From contig JARFYF010000002.1 in assembly GCA_030265395.1 (NCBI GenBank), positions 56,663,271 through 56,727,270 of the forward strand: a stretch of 64,000 bases of DNA, written 5' to 3'. The position numbers and the translations under genes are program-made. A model generated the notes under the pieces. It did no database searches, was not told the DNA's origin, and saw nothing but the letters and a program-made list of their open reading frames with translations. Within the stretch, counting starts at the first letter, position 1. Every line of letters starts with the position of its first letter. Origin of the DNA: Rhina ancylostomus (Eukaryota). This document shows positions 1 to 13,967 of this stretch, piece by piece.

Positions 1-133
1 TCCTCCGGGTGCTCCGGTTTCCTCCCACATTCTAAAGACGTACGGGTAGGTTAATTTGGGGTTTAAAATGGGCGGCGTGGACTCATTGGGCCGGAAGGGC
101 CTGTTACTAAATTGTAAATTTTAAATTTAAAAA
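1..133 (+). mobile_element. V-SINE/HE1-type SINE, 3' half (cut by window edge)
   Basis: V-core motif tcctccgggtgctccggtttcctcccaca followed by a CR1-like tail ttgggccggaagggcctgtt and an AT-rich end. Confidence 0.8.
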
Positions 134-169
134 TTTGCCTACATATCTATCTCCTGTTGACTGTTAGGT

Positions 170-670
170 AGTGTGTAATGTACACCCAGCCAAATGACAG
201 CACACTTGTTTCCAATCTCTCCCCATATGGCTTTGCTCAAGGAGACTTCCAGGGTATCCTCAATTCTGAAATAATTCATTCCTCAACTAACAGTGCAATG
301 CCACCTCTTTGATATCCCACCCCCCCCACCCCCCGGCCTCACATGAAAACTCTCTTCCCCAGGATGCTGAATGGCCATTCCTGCCCATCTTTCAATCATG
401 TTTCAGTGATGGCAACAACATCGTATTCCCACATATTAATTAGTGCTTTGAGTTTATCTACCCCTCAAGTTGGATTCTTTGCATTAAGATGGATGCAGTT
501 TGGCTTTGTTTTCCCCTGATGTGTATTTACTCACTACACTACCAACTGGACCTAATAACTTTTTCTCCTCTCGGTGACTGTAGCTCCCCATCTAAATATC
601 TATTCTGAGCCCCATTTCCCTGCCAACTTGGTTTAAGCACTCCCCAACAGCTCTTGCAAATAGTGGGTTG
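170..670 (-). mobile_element. CR1 LINE fragment, APE endonuclease N-terminus (decayed)
   Basis: Minus strand reads CIHLNAKN..VDKLKALINMWEYDVVAITET*LKDGQEW...RGGIALLV, the typical start of CR1 ORF2, with stops. Confidence 0.8.
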
Positions 671-3600
671 CACTGTCTTGCACATTTTTCTGTACTGTTT
701 GATGTGACTTTCAGAAGGGTTTTGGACTGGTAACAGTCTATTATATCATTAGGAGCAATACCACTCTGAAATACTATTGGTGTGGACATGGCTTGTGCCA
801 CATTCACTCTTGATGCCTTGAAGGCATTGCTGGAGGCCTCTCGTAAAATGACTTTTGAAGTTTAAACAAAAATGTTTTTGCAGCTCAAGGTGCTGCACTG
901 TTACAAGCACATTCCAAGCTGCATTGTCAATTTATCCCGTCCCAATCCCTTGACACTCAAATATCCCTTCCACAGACTGCCTAACCTGAGCAAACATTTC
1001 CCACTCACCCAAACTGTGCAGCTGCACTGAAAACCTAACTTGTTGGACACCAGCAACAGTCAAGTGAGATACAATATTGATATAGCTCAAGCTGGTACAA
1101 AAGCAAATTCTATACCAACATACCATCTAATGAGCATACAATTCACAGTTGTCAATTTAACACCTGAATTCTTCAGCCTATGACTTGACTGAAAGACCTG
1201 ATTTAGCATTCTTTCCTAAGTTGTCTGTTTTGTTTCCTAAAGAGATTTTCATCCATTCTTATTCCTGATTAGAATTAATATTCCATTTTTTTTCTCAGGA
1301 ATAATATAAGATCCACACAAAAAATTAACAAAATTGCAGTGTTTACAGCATATTAAAATTTTGTTCCTTGTTACTTTACCATTTTATCTTGTGAAATGTA
1401 TTCATTTTAAAACAGCTCTGTAATTAGTTAACTGATACTCTGCCCAAATATCTATTTGTATAAGTGCTGTAACAAAATACTCCAAAAGCTCTTGTCTTAT
1501 GCAAGGACTTGCATTGTTCATACTTTTCATCAGAGCTCTGGGAAAAGAAGTTTTCCTTTATTTAATTGTGGTCCCAGCCTGTAACAATTAAGGCTAACTT
1601 TTTTAAAGGAAATTTCCTTGTATTGGCACTGCTTCATTTTTCGTATTATAGCCAGCTGCACTATTGTTGAGATTTTATTTGGCAGCTCAAAGTTTTTTTT
1701 CTGAAACTGGGTAAGTAGAAAACCTGCGTGTTAAATAGCTTTGCTGTACAGATAAAGTTGTACTTAATTTGTGCTGGTAAGTCGACAGTGATGGAGTTGA
1801 TCGCATTAAATGTAAGTTGATTTGGTACCTGCTGTTTTCTTTTCATAAAGACAAATGATTTGGCTCTATGTACTGTTAGCATTGCATAATGACCAACTAA
1901 TAAGCCTAGAACTGGCAGAAAAGGCCTGTGACATCAAGTCTCCATTTAAAATATACTATGTAATTCTTCTTTCTTTATTTTAAAGATTGACAATTTGCAG
2001 AGCTGGAAAATCAAGCAAACCCAGTCGCTGTTTTGAATTTCATATTGCCCACATTGAGAAGGGTGAGATGCCAAGAAATATTATCTAAAAACATTATTAT
2101 ATGTTTATGTTTTTGAGGATTGTTTGAGTGAAGCAAATGTTGCACGATTCTTTTCACACTCAAAACTGAAGTAGAGATTGTTAGATTGAAGTAATAATTT
2201 GAAAGGACATTTAAAATAATATTGGTGAGACAACTGTTTCTGTAAAATCAGTGACAAATACAAAGAAGTAACCAGAATTTCTCATAGATTAAGGCCCCAG
2301 TGAATAACAAATACCTCAGTTGTTTTTCCAGCAGGTAGTAATAAATATGGAAATCCCTATAAAATAAGTCAATATAGAAATGGATACACAGTCAAGATCT
2401 TTTATTTGATACTTTGGAACTTTTAAATCTTTGTTTACGAAGAACTCATTTTGTGTTTAGCATGCTCTCAAAGCCAAGTCAAAACTTCCTTTGTTTTGAG
2501 AAAAAGCCAATTAATATGTAAGTACTATGGAGATTTCAGTAATTGCTCCAGTATGTGTTGTACAGCTTTGACCTATTTTGTGGGGAGAGAGAGATGCTTA
2601 GTAAGCACATGGCTCAAATTGATGAACTTCAGTTTTTAAATTGTGTTTTAATTTTGAGAACATCAGTGATGATGCATTTATGAGGCAGCTTTAAAATGGA
2701 GAGTCTGGTAGGATGGTTGTTTTGCTCTTTCTTGGTTGCTTTTTTTAAATCTCTGTGCTCTCCCCAGGCCTTCTATCCATTAAGTGTGTTTTGTTTTAAC
2801 AGTGTACAAATGGTAACTAAATTCTAGAAGGAGAATTCCTTGTTAACAACATTGGTCAAAGACGTCTTGACGCTGGAGGTGTTATAATCAATTGTGTACC
2901 TGCTGGATTTTTTTGTCTCGAGGATTGATATAAGCATTGTTCTTTTTCTCTTAACTCTTGGTAAACCTTGTGAATCTCAACTTCAAAAGCAACCTATCAA
3001 TTTCTGGAATTAGTGAAACTGTTCACCTTTATTATAATTAATATCAAATAAGCATAATAGTTGAGGTGTGTTTGCCTGTGAAAACACAAAAAATAAGCTG
3101 ATGAATCTCTTGTTGTAATAACAGTATAACAGATAATTTTGTCTCATCCTATGATAACTTGGTAAAACCAATCAGTATTATTATTCAATAATAAACATGT
3201 TTAACAATGACATTATTTGTATGGAAAAAGTGAAACGTTGCACTGTTGGAAATCAAAAATTAAAGCTGTTAGGTCAGACAGTATCAGTACAGAAAGAAAG
3301 GAACATGTATAAGATTTGTTATCTTATATCAGAACTATTAATGCTGTACCTTGTGTGAAAGAATATCCCACAGAACTTCAAGACTATAAAGGTATGGGCT
3401 GTAAATTGCTACAGAAGGATCAAGAGAGGAGACAAGTTGGTTTAGTCAAAAAAATGAGTTTCCTGAAAGCTTTTAAAAGCAGAGACAACAGCAGTGAAGT
3501 TTGGGGATTAACTTGCAGAATGTAGGATTAAGGCAGGTGAAGACTAAAACAGAAAGAATGTGGTGAAGATAGTTTGAAACTTTCCTCTTCACAACTAGAG

Positions 3601-5084
3601 CAGAAATGTTCTTCCGTGCCACACAAGAAAAGTCGTTGCACAGCGCCAAAAATTCCACAGATGCTACCCACCCTCCCAGGTCCACCTGATCCTCCGCGAG
3701 CAGCAGCAGCAGCTCTTTGCACTGTCCGTGCTTAATGTTGGTGCTCAGTATTTAAATTAAGGAATTTAAATACAGCAAGTCTGAAACATAGGCCAGAATG
3801 TGCATGATGTATCCACACACCAAAAAAACTGTTTAAAACCAACAACCCAGTATGTTAGATATCTGTTGGGGAGAGGTGCATTTTGAGCTTGTTGGGGTGG
3901 TGGTGTGGAATTTTAGTTTTCCTTTCAAAGGCAAGGAACAAGAAAATTCCAGAGGGTAGTAGCAGTTGTGGACAGTTGACTTGGAGGAGCAGAGGGGACG
4001 AGGGATGGAAGTAGTGTTCCAGAATCAAAGGGGCAGTGGTTTCAGCTGGAATGAATGTCTGGTAAAGATTTCACAAACATGGGAGCTTAAAGTTCTTCAG
4101 GTGGGAGAAAATTGTCTTTGTTTGCTTAATTACAGATGTGCACTTATTGGCTGTTGGTTGTATTTGCTTTTGCATATTTAGAATCATTGATTTGGGGTCC
4201 ATTTGGTTTGTTTGGAGGTGTATAGATAGTGGCTGACAAAAAGTTAGGCTGAGGCACTGATTTAGATGAATATCCATTCCTATTGCTTTGTTTTGTTATG
4301 AATACACCTGCCATTTCCCAATTCTTACCTTTTTTAAATGAATTGAATTCAGATTTATTAATTTTACTTCAGACTCCTAAAATGTCATTGCATACCTCTG
4401 GGCAATTGGTACCTGAGTCACAATTGATGTACACAATTTCAATGAAATCCCAGCATAGAAACTTGCCATTTATCCAAGGCAGTTCACCTTGGCTTTTATT
4501 CTTTCAACCACTTGACCAAATCTGTATACTCACCCCGTCCCTGCAGCTCTTATTGTTCTTCACCCCACTTAGTTCCTATCATCTCTTCTGGTTCTCCTGC
4601 TTGCCTTCATACTTCCACTCACCACTTGCAACCTGTCATGCAAGTATATCTTGATTGGTTCTTTGCTCAGGAGGATGCTGATACATTCTGTGAATCAGTT
4701 CCTGGAGTAGTACTGCAGAGCTGCCTGCTTGCTTCTCAGTTCATGCTGCAGGTTTGAGAGGGCCGCAAGGATCTCTCCTCTGGCTGTGTGATTTAGAAGA
4801 GACTGACGGTTAGCCTTTCAGTTCACCAACATGTCTGAGGGTCGAGCTACTCAGAACATTGCAGTGAGCTGCCACTTATCCATCTAATCCAACATGAGAA
4901 CACAATATCATCTTTGCCTCATGTTTATTTACAGGTTTGCTTATACCTGCAATGGTTCTCTGATTTTTTTTCAGATTAATAGTGCAGGAAGAGAATTCAT
5001 AACTGAATGTCACCTAGGTGTTGACAGATATTCAAATGTGCTGATGTTTTCAAGTTCAACCATGTGATTTCATTAGTTTCATTT

Positions 5085-5354
5085 CCCCATTTATTTTTCC
5101 TGTAATCTATTCTCTCTCACATTACAAATCCCTTCAGATTCTACCACTCATGTACACTGGGGTTAATTAATAGCAGCCAATTAACCTACCAACCTGTACA
5201 TCTTTTTGGGATATGGGAGAAAACCAGAACACTTGAGGGGAAACCCCACATGTTTGTAGTGAGAACATGCAAACTCCATGTAGATGGCACCTGAGGTCAG
5301 GATCAAATCTAGGTTACTGGAGCTGTGAGGAAGCAGCACTATCTGCTGTGCCAC
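5085..5354 (-). mobile_element. tRNA-derived V-SINE, near full length
   Basis: Reverse-complement V-core (gggagaaaaccagaacac...gagaacatgcaaactcca) plus a tRNA-like head with degenerate B box (gtcaggatcaaatctagg). Confidence 0.75.
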
Positions 5355-5507
5355 ATGCTTTAAATGCTGAGTAAGGGTGGGAGATGCATGTGCTAATTAT
5401 GAAGTTGAGGGTGTAGATGTTTTGTGCAAAATTAATCTTTCCATTTTGTGTGGGAATGGTTAATGTAAAAGTGAGTTATGCACAGGCCCTCTGCTCTCTG
5501 TTCGGTA

Positions 5508-5618
5508 CATGATAAGAAATGGGAGCAGAAGGGCATTTGGCCACTTGAGCATGCTCCCCCATTCAGCAAGATCATAGCTGATCTTCCTCTTCAACCACTA
5601 TTTTACTGCCCTATCTAG
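5508..5618 (-). mobile_element. CR1 3' end fragment
   Basis: ataagaaatgggagcagaagggcatttggccacttgagcatgctcccccattcagcaagatcatagctgatc resembles reverse CR1 tails common in chondrichthyans. Confidence 0.65.
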
Positions 5619-6199
5619 ANNNNNNATTTCACTCTTTTTCGGTTTATTTTGGGGGTTCTTAATTTTGTTTCTTTTTTCTTCCCTTTCCCTTTCTATGTTA
5701 ATTTAAATGTTCCCTATTAAATGTTCCCTACTACACTAGTCACTCTCCCAGCAAGAATAATCATTGCCCCCTTGAATACCTTCGGTCTGTTTATCTGACA
5801 TGGCCGCTCTCTTTCCCAGAGTTGACCTCAGTCTCTCAGGAATCTGAACCCTTGCCACCTGCACTATTTATCCTCCTACATTTCCTGTCGTGTGCTACTT
5901 TTCCTGCACTTGCTTCTAAATGCCCTCTGTGGTAATGCTGCGAGTAATATACTGTAATCCTCATTTCTACTCGCGCTCTAAATCCTACTTGATCCTTTAT
6001 AGGAAATTGCAACATAGAAATCATGCCTTAGCTAAACTCTGCAGAAGAGCTGTTGAATCAGTACCCTGCTGTTGTCCCAAAGACCTGCACAGGTTTCCTT
6101 TTACACATACATATCCAATTCCTTTTTGCAAGTTTCTGATTAATCTTCTATCACCACCCTTTTGGCCAATGTTACATCATCTAACATGCATGCAGCATT

Positions 6200-6436
6200 T
6201 AAAACAAAAATGAAAACACAAAATGCTAGAACTACTCAGCTGGGTGAGTAGCATCAGTGGAAAGAGAAACAGAATTAACTTCATAGGTTGAAGATCTTTT
6301 GGCCACAGCTGTTCTGACACTGCATCTTTGATCTGAAACATTAATACTTTCCTGTTCTGCAGATGTTGCCTGACTTGTTGAGTGTTTCTAGCATTCTCTG
6401 CTTTCATTCCACACTTCCAACATCTGCAGTTTTTTG
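6200..6436. repeat. Penelope-derived inverted-repeat (hairpin) element
   Basis: Arms aatgctagaactactcagctgggtgagtagcatc and gatgttgcctgacttgttgagtgtttctagcatt are reverse complements. Confidence 0.7.
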
Positions 6437-6805
6437 ACTTAGATTTTGAAATAAACTTTTCTCACCTCCGACCTGCACCTTTTGCCAATTATTTTAATGC
6501 TCTTTCATTATCAACCCTGCTGTTAGTAAAAACGATTTCCCCTTCTTCACTTGTCAAAACCTCTCCATATGTTGAGTACCTCTACCAGATCATCTCTTGA
6601 TCTTCTCTGTTTGAAGAAGTACAATCCCAGTTTCTCCACTCTATCTGTTCACATAAACTGAAATCCCCAATCTTTATTCCATTCTGGTAAATCTACTTTG
6701 CAGTTTTTCTCAGGTCGTAATATTCTTTATGAAGATGTTGCGAGGGCTAAAGAATTGCAGTAGAGTGAGAGAGTTTCTTGCTTGGGGTTGTCTTCTTTTT
6801 GAACA

Positions 6806-7030
6806 AGGGAGAATTTAATTAAGGTGTATAAAATTATGAGGCCAGTGTGAAGGACCTAATTTCTCTGAGCAGAGAGGCCATTAATTAGGGAACAAGGGTT
6901 TATTGGTAAAAAGATGAGAGTGGAGTTAAGGAAAATATTTTTCTCTCAAGTGTATTTGGGATATGGATATCACTGGCTGAGAAACCCTCATCACCTTTAA
7001 GTTATAACTGGATGAGCACTTGTGGGGCAT
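6806..7030 (+). mobile_element. CR1 ORF2 C-terminal fragment
   Basis: aaggtgtataaaattatgagg...gagagtggagttaaggaaaatatttt...tggatgagcacttg matches the CR1 terminal coding region. Confidence 0.6.
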
Positions 7031-7749
7031 TACGAAAAAAATTGTGGAATGAGCCTCTCGAATGTGTGCACCATCCAGGGTCTAATTATTAGTTTTACTT
7101 AACTTCATAATAACCTTCTTGCACTTTGTGTATTTTGTTTACAAAGGCAAGGGTTTCATATGTTGCTTTAAAAGTATAATCAGGTTGTCTTACCACCTGC
7201 AAAGTTTCCACATAAACTTTGACTCATCTTTCAAGGTCATAATGCAATTGTAGTGGACTTTGACAAGGATGTGATGAGCAATGAGGTTGGGCATAAATTA
7301 TGCAACTTAATCACACACAATTCAGAGAAATGTTTGACCCATCTTCCTTGTGCATATGTTTTAATTATTTCCAAATCACTGATTCCCAAGATATTGACAC
7401 TGTGAAATTCTTGGATAGTTTTATCTTGGCAATGTTGTTAGCAGTAGGTTTTTTTGGTTGTTATCAGAATGAAGTGTAGTATAAAAGCAGAAGGGAAATA
7501 GTGCATTGCACAAACTGAAATTTGAACACGTTTTTATATATGCATCATGCATGCATTTTGAAATTTCATAATGTCATTTATCTAATAATGCATACTTAAT
7601 ATTTCATAAATATGCCATTGCTACATACTTTGTGCATGGGGAGTCCAATCTCAACAGCATGGACATGCCCTGTAGCTGTGCTATTGAACACATGAAAGAA
7701 TATATTCCAAGTTCTTGTATCACTCATGTACATTTTCATTCTGAACACC

Positions 7750-8322
7750 AACCCTCCAGTACACTGAAGATACATGGAGTGCACACAGAAAACATCGCAA
7801 AGCTCTGAAGAGAAATCACCAGCATCATCTGTGTAAAATCTTCCAAATCCACTGGCAGAAAAAGTGAACCAACTTCAATGTTCTCTCACAGGCCAACATC
7901 TCCAGCACTGAGGTCTGATTGCATTTAGTCAAGTGACATTTTGGCAAGTGTCATCAATCCAATGCTTGAAACTGGACTCCCAAAACAGACTCTATCCCAA
8001 GATTCGAGGATATCCTCAAAGCCTCTGTGAAGAAGTGTAACATCCCCACCAATTTATGGGAAACCCTGGCCCATGACCTCCCAAAGTGTAGAAGGAACAT
8101 TTGGAATGCCATTGAGTACCTTGTCCATTCGTCAGGAGCGCACAGAGGCTCAGTGAAAAGTGGCGGAAGAAGCACGCCACCACCCAAACTGCCTGCCCTG
8201 TCAAGCACCTTGTGGCCAATCTGTGTCTGAGTCTACAGATTCTGCACTGGACTCATCAGGTCATCTGAAAACTGGCATGCAAGCAATTCATCCTCAATCC
8301 TGAGGGACGGCCTACAAAGAAG
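7750..8322 (+). mobile_element. RTE-clade LINE 3' fragment
   Basis: Reads HQHHLCKIFQIHWQKK*TNFNVLSQANISS, LKASVKKCNIPTNLWETLAHDLPKCRRNIW, a decayed C-terminal zinc finger and the RTE 3' end catcctcaatcctgagggacggcc. Confidence 0.85.
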
Positions 8323-8399
8323 GACTATTCCCTCAGTATGTTTGCCTCTAGATCATTCCAGTCAGCAGTATCTGAAATGTGCCACCCTTAATTTGCAGT

Positions 8400-8830
8400 A
8401 CATGTTCAAGCAAGGATCAATGCCAGCAATTTGTTTCCATCTCCTTGAGCAGAAAGCATCAGACAACAAGGGCACGTGGCTTTAATCAGGCTGCCAAAGA
8501 TTCGAAGAACAAAGCTTCTATGCACCTAGGAAGTTTGGAGGTCTCATTTTATCCTGTGGTCCTCTGCTGTATCCATTGTACCCATTAGAGCCAGTGTGCA
8601 GAAAGGATAGCTGCATCTTGGGCACAAAGATTATCCCTTCTGTTCTTGGTTCCTCATTCCAGTGTGACCTGGTTGTGCTAGCAAACTCTATTCACATATG
8701 GTCATGGGGCCTCAAGGAGCAAAATGTCATGGGGTTCCTCAAGGAGATACTTGCAGTACTCTCCTGAGGGAGACTCTCGCTTGTTGTCTGCTGCATGCTA
8801 TAAACCATCTTGCTACGATGAGAGTAGAGC
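8400..8830 (+). mobile_element. PIF/Harbinger transposase (DDE_Tnp_4, HARBI1-like) remnant
   Basis: Ordered motifs FVSISLSRKHQTTRARGF, HFILWSSAV, LGHKDYPFCSWFLIP (from 8617; cf. LGDKGYPLxxWLMTP), LQYSPE (8751-8768), VVCCML (8783-8800); stops and deletions. Confidence 0.75.
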
Positions 8831-9762
8831 ACAACAGTTGGAGGGCAAAGGAGGAAAGCAGTAGGTGTCAAGGAAGGGAGGATTTCTAAATGAGTAGTCT
8901 GGGCTTAGATGAGACTGCTACTCCACTAGCTCAGGGCTCACAGAGCAGTTCCTGTCTGATTTGTTGCTAGTGCTTGCCACCATTTGGAAGTCTCATCATT
9001 TCCCCTTTCATTTAATGACATTACCATTATAAGTTCCCATAACAGCAACATGTTGTGGAGAAAATGAACAACCAGGCACTTCCTGTGGCTGCGGCGCCAT
9101 GTTGGAGTTGGTAAATGTTGCATTTGGGACTTGGGATTCAACATGTCATCTTGTGGCACAACTTGTGTGAGAGAAGTTCTTATTTGCTTTCGAGGCACTG
9201 AATCCTCTCTGCTTGCATATATGATTGAGAAGAAAGTGCAATTTCATCATCCAGAAAGCATTTCACTGTAGTAGCACCACTTGTAATCTTGCTGAGTTTT
9301 AACTGTTGTCCCACTTGGATGGAGTTACTGCAGTCCCATCTTCCTCCCCATCGGAAAGAACAGCTTTGACATGTACCACCTAGAAAGATGAGGATAGCTA
9401 TCACTTTGATATTCATAACATTGTGAAGTGAAGTTCAAGTCTCTGATCATGCTCAGTTTGAAATACGTTTTCCCATTAATGAATGTTCACAATTTTACAT
9501 TTTAGAGCTCCTCCCACAGCAGTGATCAGTTATCTCAAACCCTGAAGTGTATGAGGGAGGCAACACCTCAGCACTCTTGATGCTGATTTCCCTGGTACAG
9601 TGACCACCCATGTGAAGATAAATAAAGAGAAATCCAAATCTCTAAAGTGAAACAGTTCCAAGTTGCCATCCCTCTGATAAAGATAATTTTGGTGCCTTTC
9701 ATGACACAAAAAAAGACTCTGAATCATGCAGGATGATATCCTATACATTTGTGCATTCACGG

Positions 9763-9958
9763 TACCACCACCGGGGAGGAGGTACAGAAGCCTGAAGACT
9801 AGAACTCAATGTTTAAGGACAGCTTCTTCCCTTTGCCATCACATTTCTGAACAGTCCATGAACCCATGAACACTACCTCATTATTCCTCTTTTGCACAAT
9901 TTATTTGTTTTTGTAAGTTATAGTAATCTGTCAGTGATAATAAACCTGATTCTGATTC
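9763..9958 (+). mobile_element. Rex1/Babar LINE 3' end
   Basis: PPGRRYRSLKTRT...FKDSFF C-terminus, then AATAAA (9939-9944) and a ctgattctgattc tail. Confidence 0.8.
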
Positions 9959-10227
9959 CTTTAGTGCTTGTATTTTTCCTGTAATACTGTTACACGGCTA
10001 TTCCCCAATACCTGATTGCTCCCTTGGAGTAGATGAAGGCATAGGTGACTGCTGGGTGACTACGAGTAGCTTTGGGCCTGGATGGCTTGACTTAGAACTG
10101 CATCAGCCTGAAACACTATCTTTATTTGTTTCTTCACAGATGTCACCCGATCTCTTGAATAACTTGAGCATTTTCTTTTTTTTTTATTTCAGATTTCCAG
10201 CATCTGTTGTATCTTGCTTTGGAATTG

Positions 10228-11280
10228 CAGGTTGTTGGGCAACTGTGGGGGAACTGTCTGAGTGGCTGTGGTGGGAGCATGAGTGCTGGCGTCGCAGATG
10301 CACTCTGGTTCTCTGTTTCAGTGCCACTTTTCTGGTCAGGACATTAACCAGCGTAGCATTCTGCTGGAGAACGGATTGCTGGAGTTCTGAGATCCTTGAC
10401 ACCCGACAGGAGTGGAACCCGAGCCATGAAGGCATCCATCAGAATTTGTGCAGAAACAAGCTGAGCTTGGATGCAGATTCCAAGGTTTGCACTGTGACAC
10501 GTGTAAGTTGGGTGCCTTTGGCCCACACTTCATTGATGGTTGAGATCTTTGTCCTTGTATACTGCACTTTGGTGGTGTCCGTTAATGTTGACATGGAGAA
10601 GACCACTTCATTGATGGAAAGAATTGACTCCAGATTCTGCGTTTGAGCACGTGTCAAGTTGGAGCTGGATTTTCTCATGCTCCACGACACCTCACCTGGA
10701 AGAACTGGCAAGCTGGATGATGCCCCATGTGTATATTCATAAACTGCCAGGTGAAAGTGCTCAGATGAGTTCTCCAGAGTAGACCTGGTGTATAGTTTTA
10801 TCTTTATAACAGTAGACACAAGAGCTTGCTTTCACTAGCTTGGCTGGTGAATACTCATGTCTGGTGGCTCACCTTGTGTATATCCTACTTCTTNNNNNNN
10901 NNNNNNNNNNNNNNNNNNNNNNNNNNNNNNNNNNNNNNNNNNNNNNNNNNNNNNNNNNNNNNNNNNNNNNNNNNNNNNNNNNNNNNNNNNNNNNNNNNNN
11001 NNNNNNNNNNNNNNNNNNNNNNNNNNNNNNNNNNCAGGTCGTGGTGAGGAGGTCAAGTCACAGTTGAGGGGAATGGTGGTGAGGAGGTCAGATTAGAGCG
11101 AGGGGAGAGACAGTGAGGAGAAGATCACGGTGAGGGGAGAGGAGGTAAGGTCATGGTGAGGGGAAAGACAGCGAGCTGGTAAGGTCACGGTGAGAGAAGA
11201 GAGTGGGTGAGGAAGGCACCCGTGAGCCAACAATGTAGGTTGGGTGATGTTGTGGGAGGTGGGAAAGAGGATACTGCAAG
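10228..11280 (-). mobile_element. Probable Harbinger accessory (Myb/SANT-type) ORF remnant
   Basis: Broken coiled-coil-like ORFs (SSSNLTRAQTQNLESILSINEVVFSMSTLTD; ELQQSVLQQ) convergent with the transposase remnant; no Myb domain is actually visible; interrupted by an N gap. Confidence 0.45.
11035..11215 (+). repeat. Degenerate G-rich minisatellite
   Basis: Several variants of ggtcaYggtgaggggaga next to an N gap. Confidence 0.55.
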
Positions 11281-13967
11281 ACAAAAATTACAGTTCAGTT
11301 CGATATTACATAAAATCCATTGCATCTGTTCTGCACTAAAATTATAGTGACCACAGTGAGTGACTGTTGCAGCTGGGATGTCCATATTTGCAGAGTTTGG
11401 GGACTGCCCTGTTTGTACAGAGACCTGAAAATAATCTGAACTCTTTACATTTCTGCCTGTTATTACGACAGCAGAGGGCAGAGTTGTATGGCATTGTAAC
11501 TTTATTTAAGCAGTTTTTTAAAGTTCCTAAAATGTTTGGTAAATTTGTTTTTCATTTTGCAAAGTGAGACAGCTTTGCTGCCTGAGTAATTCACATGATA
11601 CTTGTTTACTTGCTTAAGGGGAATAATTTCAGTTGTGTGCGACGAAAATTAGGGACATGAAATTTTGAATTGTTGCACAGTAGTATGGTATGAATACTTT
11701 GAAAGCTGAAATATATTTTAAGTACTCAGAGGTTTCAAGCTGAAAATAGAATGTTCATCTTTTGCATCATAAACTCACAATGCTTGCCAATAAAATGAGC
11801 TCATGTGAGCAAACACGTGAAACTTAGTCTTCACGATGGAAAATTCCAGCTTGTGAAGTAGTTATTCACTCTCTGAGCTCGACAACTTTTGTGTGGTCAG
11901 TATATTTTACGTAGCGACTTACTTCTCCAGAAATGTTAGTTCCAGAGTGGTGGAAACATTTTCAGATTTTAGAGCAACAAAATATAGTTGGGTTAAACTG
12001 AACTTTGTTAGCAATTGTACTTTTGTGAGCAATATTTATAATCTTGTGTTTAATGGCACAGTATTTAAATTGGGAGGACGGATTTGTTCCTTTTCAAAAT
12101 TCCATAAATATTTCCCTCATGTTTTAATGTCTTTTCCTTTTGGAATGAGTTTCAGATTTTTTTTGGGCATCAATCTCCTCTGCTGCACTTCCAAATTAAG
12201 TTACTTTCTGATGGTTTCCTAAATGTTCTTCTCATAAAAGACCTTTCCTACCATTGTATCTGCTCCAAGCTCCTGTTTGAGGTACTGACAAAAATAATGT
12301 TTTTGCTGTGGCTTAAGCATCCCATTATTGCTAAATCTTGTATTGCTTCCTGAATTTACAAGTTAACTTTTCAGTGCATTAATTAGTTCTGTTTTAGAAT
12401 AGAACCTGTTTTATGACTAGTTTAAGTAGATTGAAACCATTTGTGATCTCTCTTTCAGCTGTGTTATAAAGGCCCTCTTCAAATAAGTATGATGGGGGGG
12501 GGGGCAGAAAGGAAAGAGGGCTGTGACAAACAAATTATAGGGGAAATTAAAGAAAATATATTATTAGTAAACTGATGGCGGATGAGAACATATCTTGCAG
12601 TGTCCCATCTACCGTATTGGAGTATCTGGGAAATTTGGAATGGGTCTATTGCAAAGCCACACCATGGACAAAGGCAGCAGAGTAAGTCATTTAGTACAAG
12701 AACCTTACACCAATTCAGTAACTACACTTGCTTTAAAATCAAAAGGTTCCACGTGGCAATTATAGTTCAGCTGCACTTGTCTGTAAAAATGAGAAATAAT
12801 ATTGCATCTAACCTGATAGTACTCAGGCTGATAATATAGAATGGAAAAATACCAAAAGAAAATCATCTTAATAGTTCTTGATGACCCTTTCAGAACTCTG
12901 CTGTTAGATTCATGCTTTGGTCAGTCCCCGAAGCTCTGCTCTCAAAAGCCAATTGGAAGTAAATATGCAAAAATGGATCTTCTAAGTATACAGACTCTTA
13001 GAGATCCATGGGTTCAAATGATTTATTAATAGTTGCATATCCAATCAGTTGAAGATGTTTCACCAGTTAGGTAATAATTTTCAAATGCAATAATTGAAAT
13101 CTGACCCAATGATTTAGCTAAAAAGAGGCTGCAAGTGAAATGTGCAGAGGATTCAATGTACCTGGATGTGAACATGAACTGTACTAATGCTTTGTGCTTT
13201 CCTGAAATCCTTAAAACCAAAGAGGCACACTTGGGGTCTGTTCTCTGAGTGAAAGAAACTTCAGACTGTGTGATGATGTGCTTTTAAAAAAAAAGCCAGC
13301 TACGTAACTAACAACAAATGCAATGCTTGCTTTAAAGATGTGCAGTCAATGGGAGAATTCTGGTAAAAATAAGCGCCTATTTTGAGATGATATTTATTTA
13401 TTTAAGGACAGCGTTTAGTGAGGTGCTTTTTTCACTCAGCAGTTGGAAATGATTGACAAGTGAGGGAGCAAGTAGAGATCAGATAGGGAAGAGAAATTTT
13501 TTGAGGATTTTGTTTGGCTTGTATTTTCATGAGGGGCTGTTTTATTAATTTATATATCTAAAGAGATGAAAATCTTGCATTTGAACAGCATCTCCTCACT
13601 TCTAGACAACCACTCTGGCTGCCACAGCAATGAATAGCTAACCTGCCTCTGCTGATGTTAGCTGACTATACACATAGGTAAGGAATGTGCTTCAGTCCAC
13701 TTTACAAGAAGACAGTTTTACTTGACAGCATTTCATCAAGCCATTCATCTGATTTGAAGTATTTCCATGAATTTCACAGCTCTTGCCAGAAGTGTAATCT
13801 GTGTATTGGTTATTTTTGAAGGGAAATTAATCAAAACTTGAGCCTTAAACTTGCCTTCTTCCATGCCTTTTANNNNNNNNNNNNNNNNNNNNNNNNNNNN
13901 NNNNNNNNNNNNNNNNNNNNNNNNNNNNNNNNNNNNNNNNNNNNNNNNNNNNNNNNNNNNNNNNNNN

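Noticed and set aside
11035-11215. Spaced repeats resembling a CRISPR-like array
   Set aside because: Degenerate G-rich minisatellite with no constant repeat or unique spacers, in a vertebrate intron.
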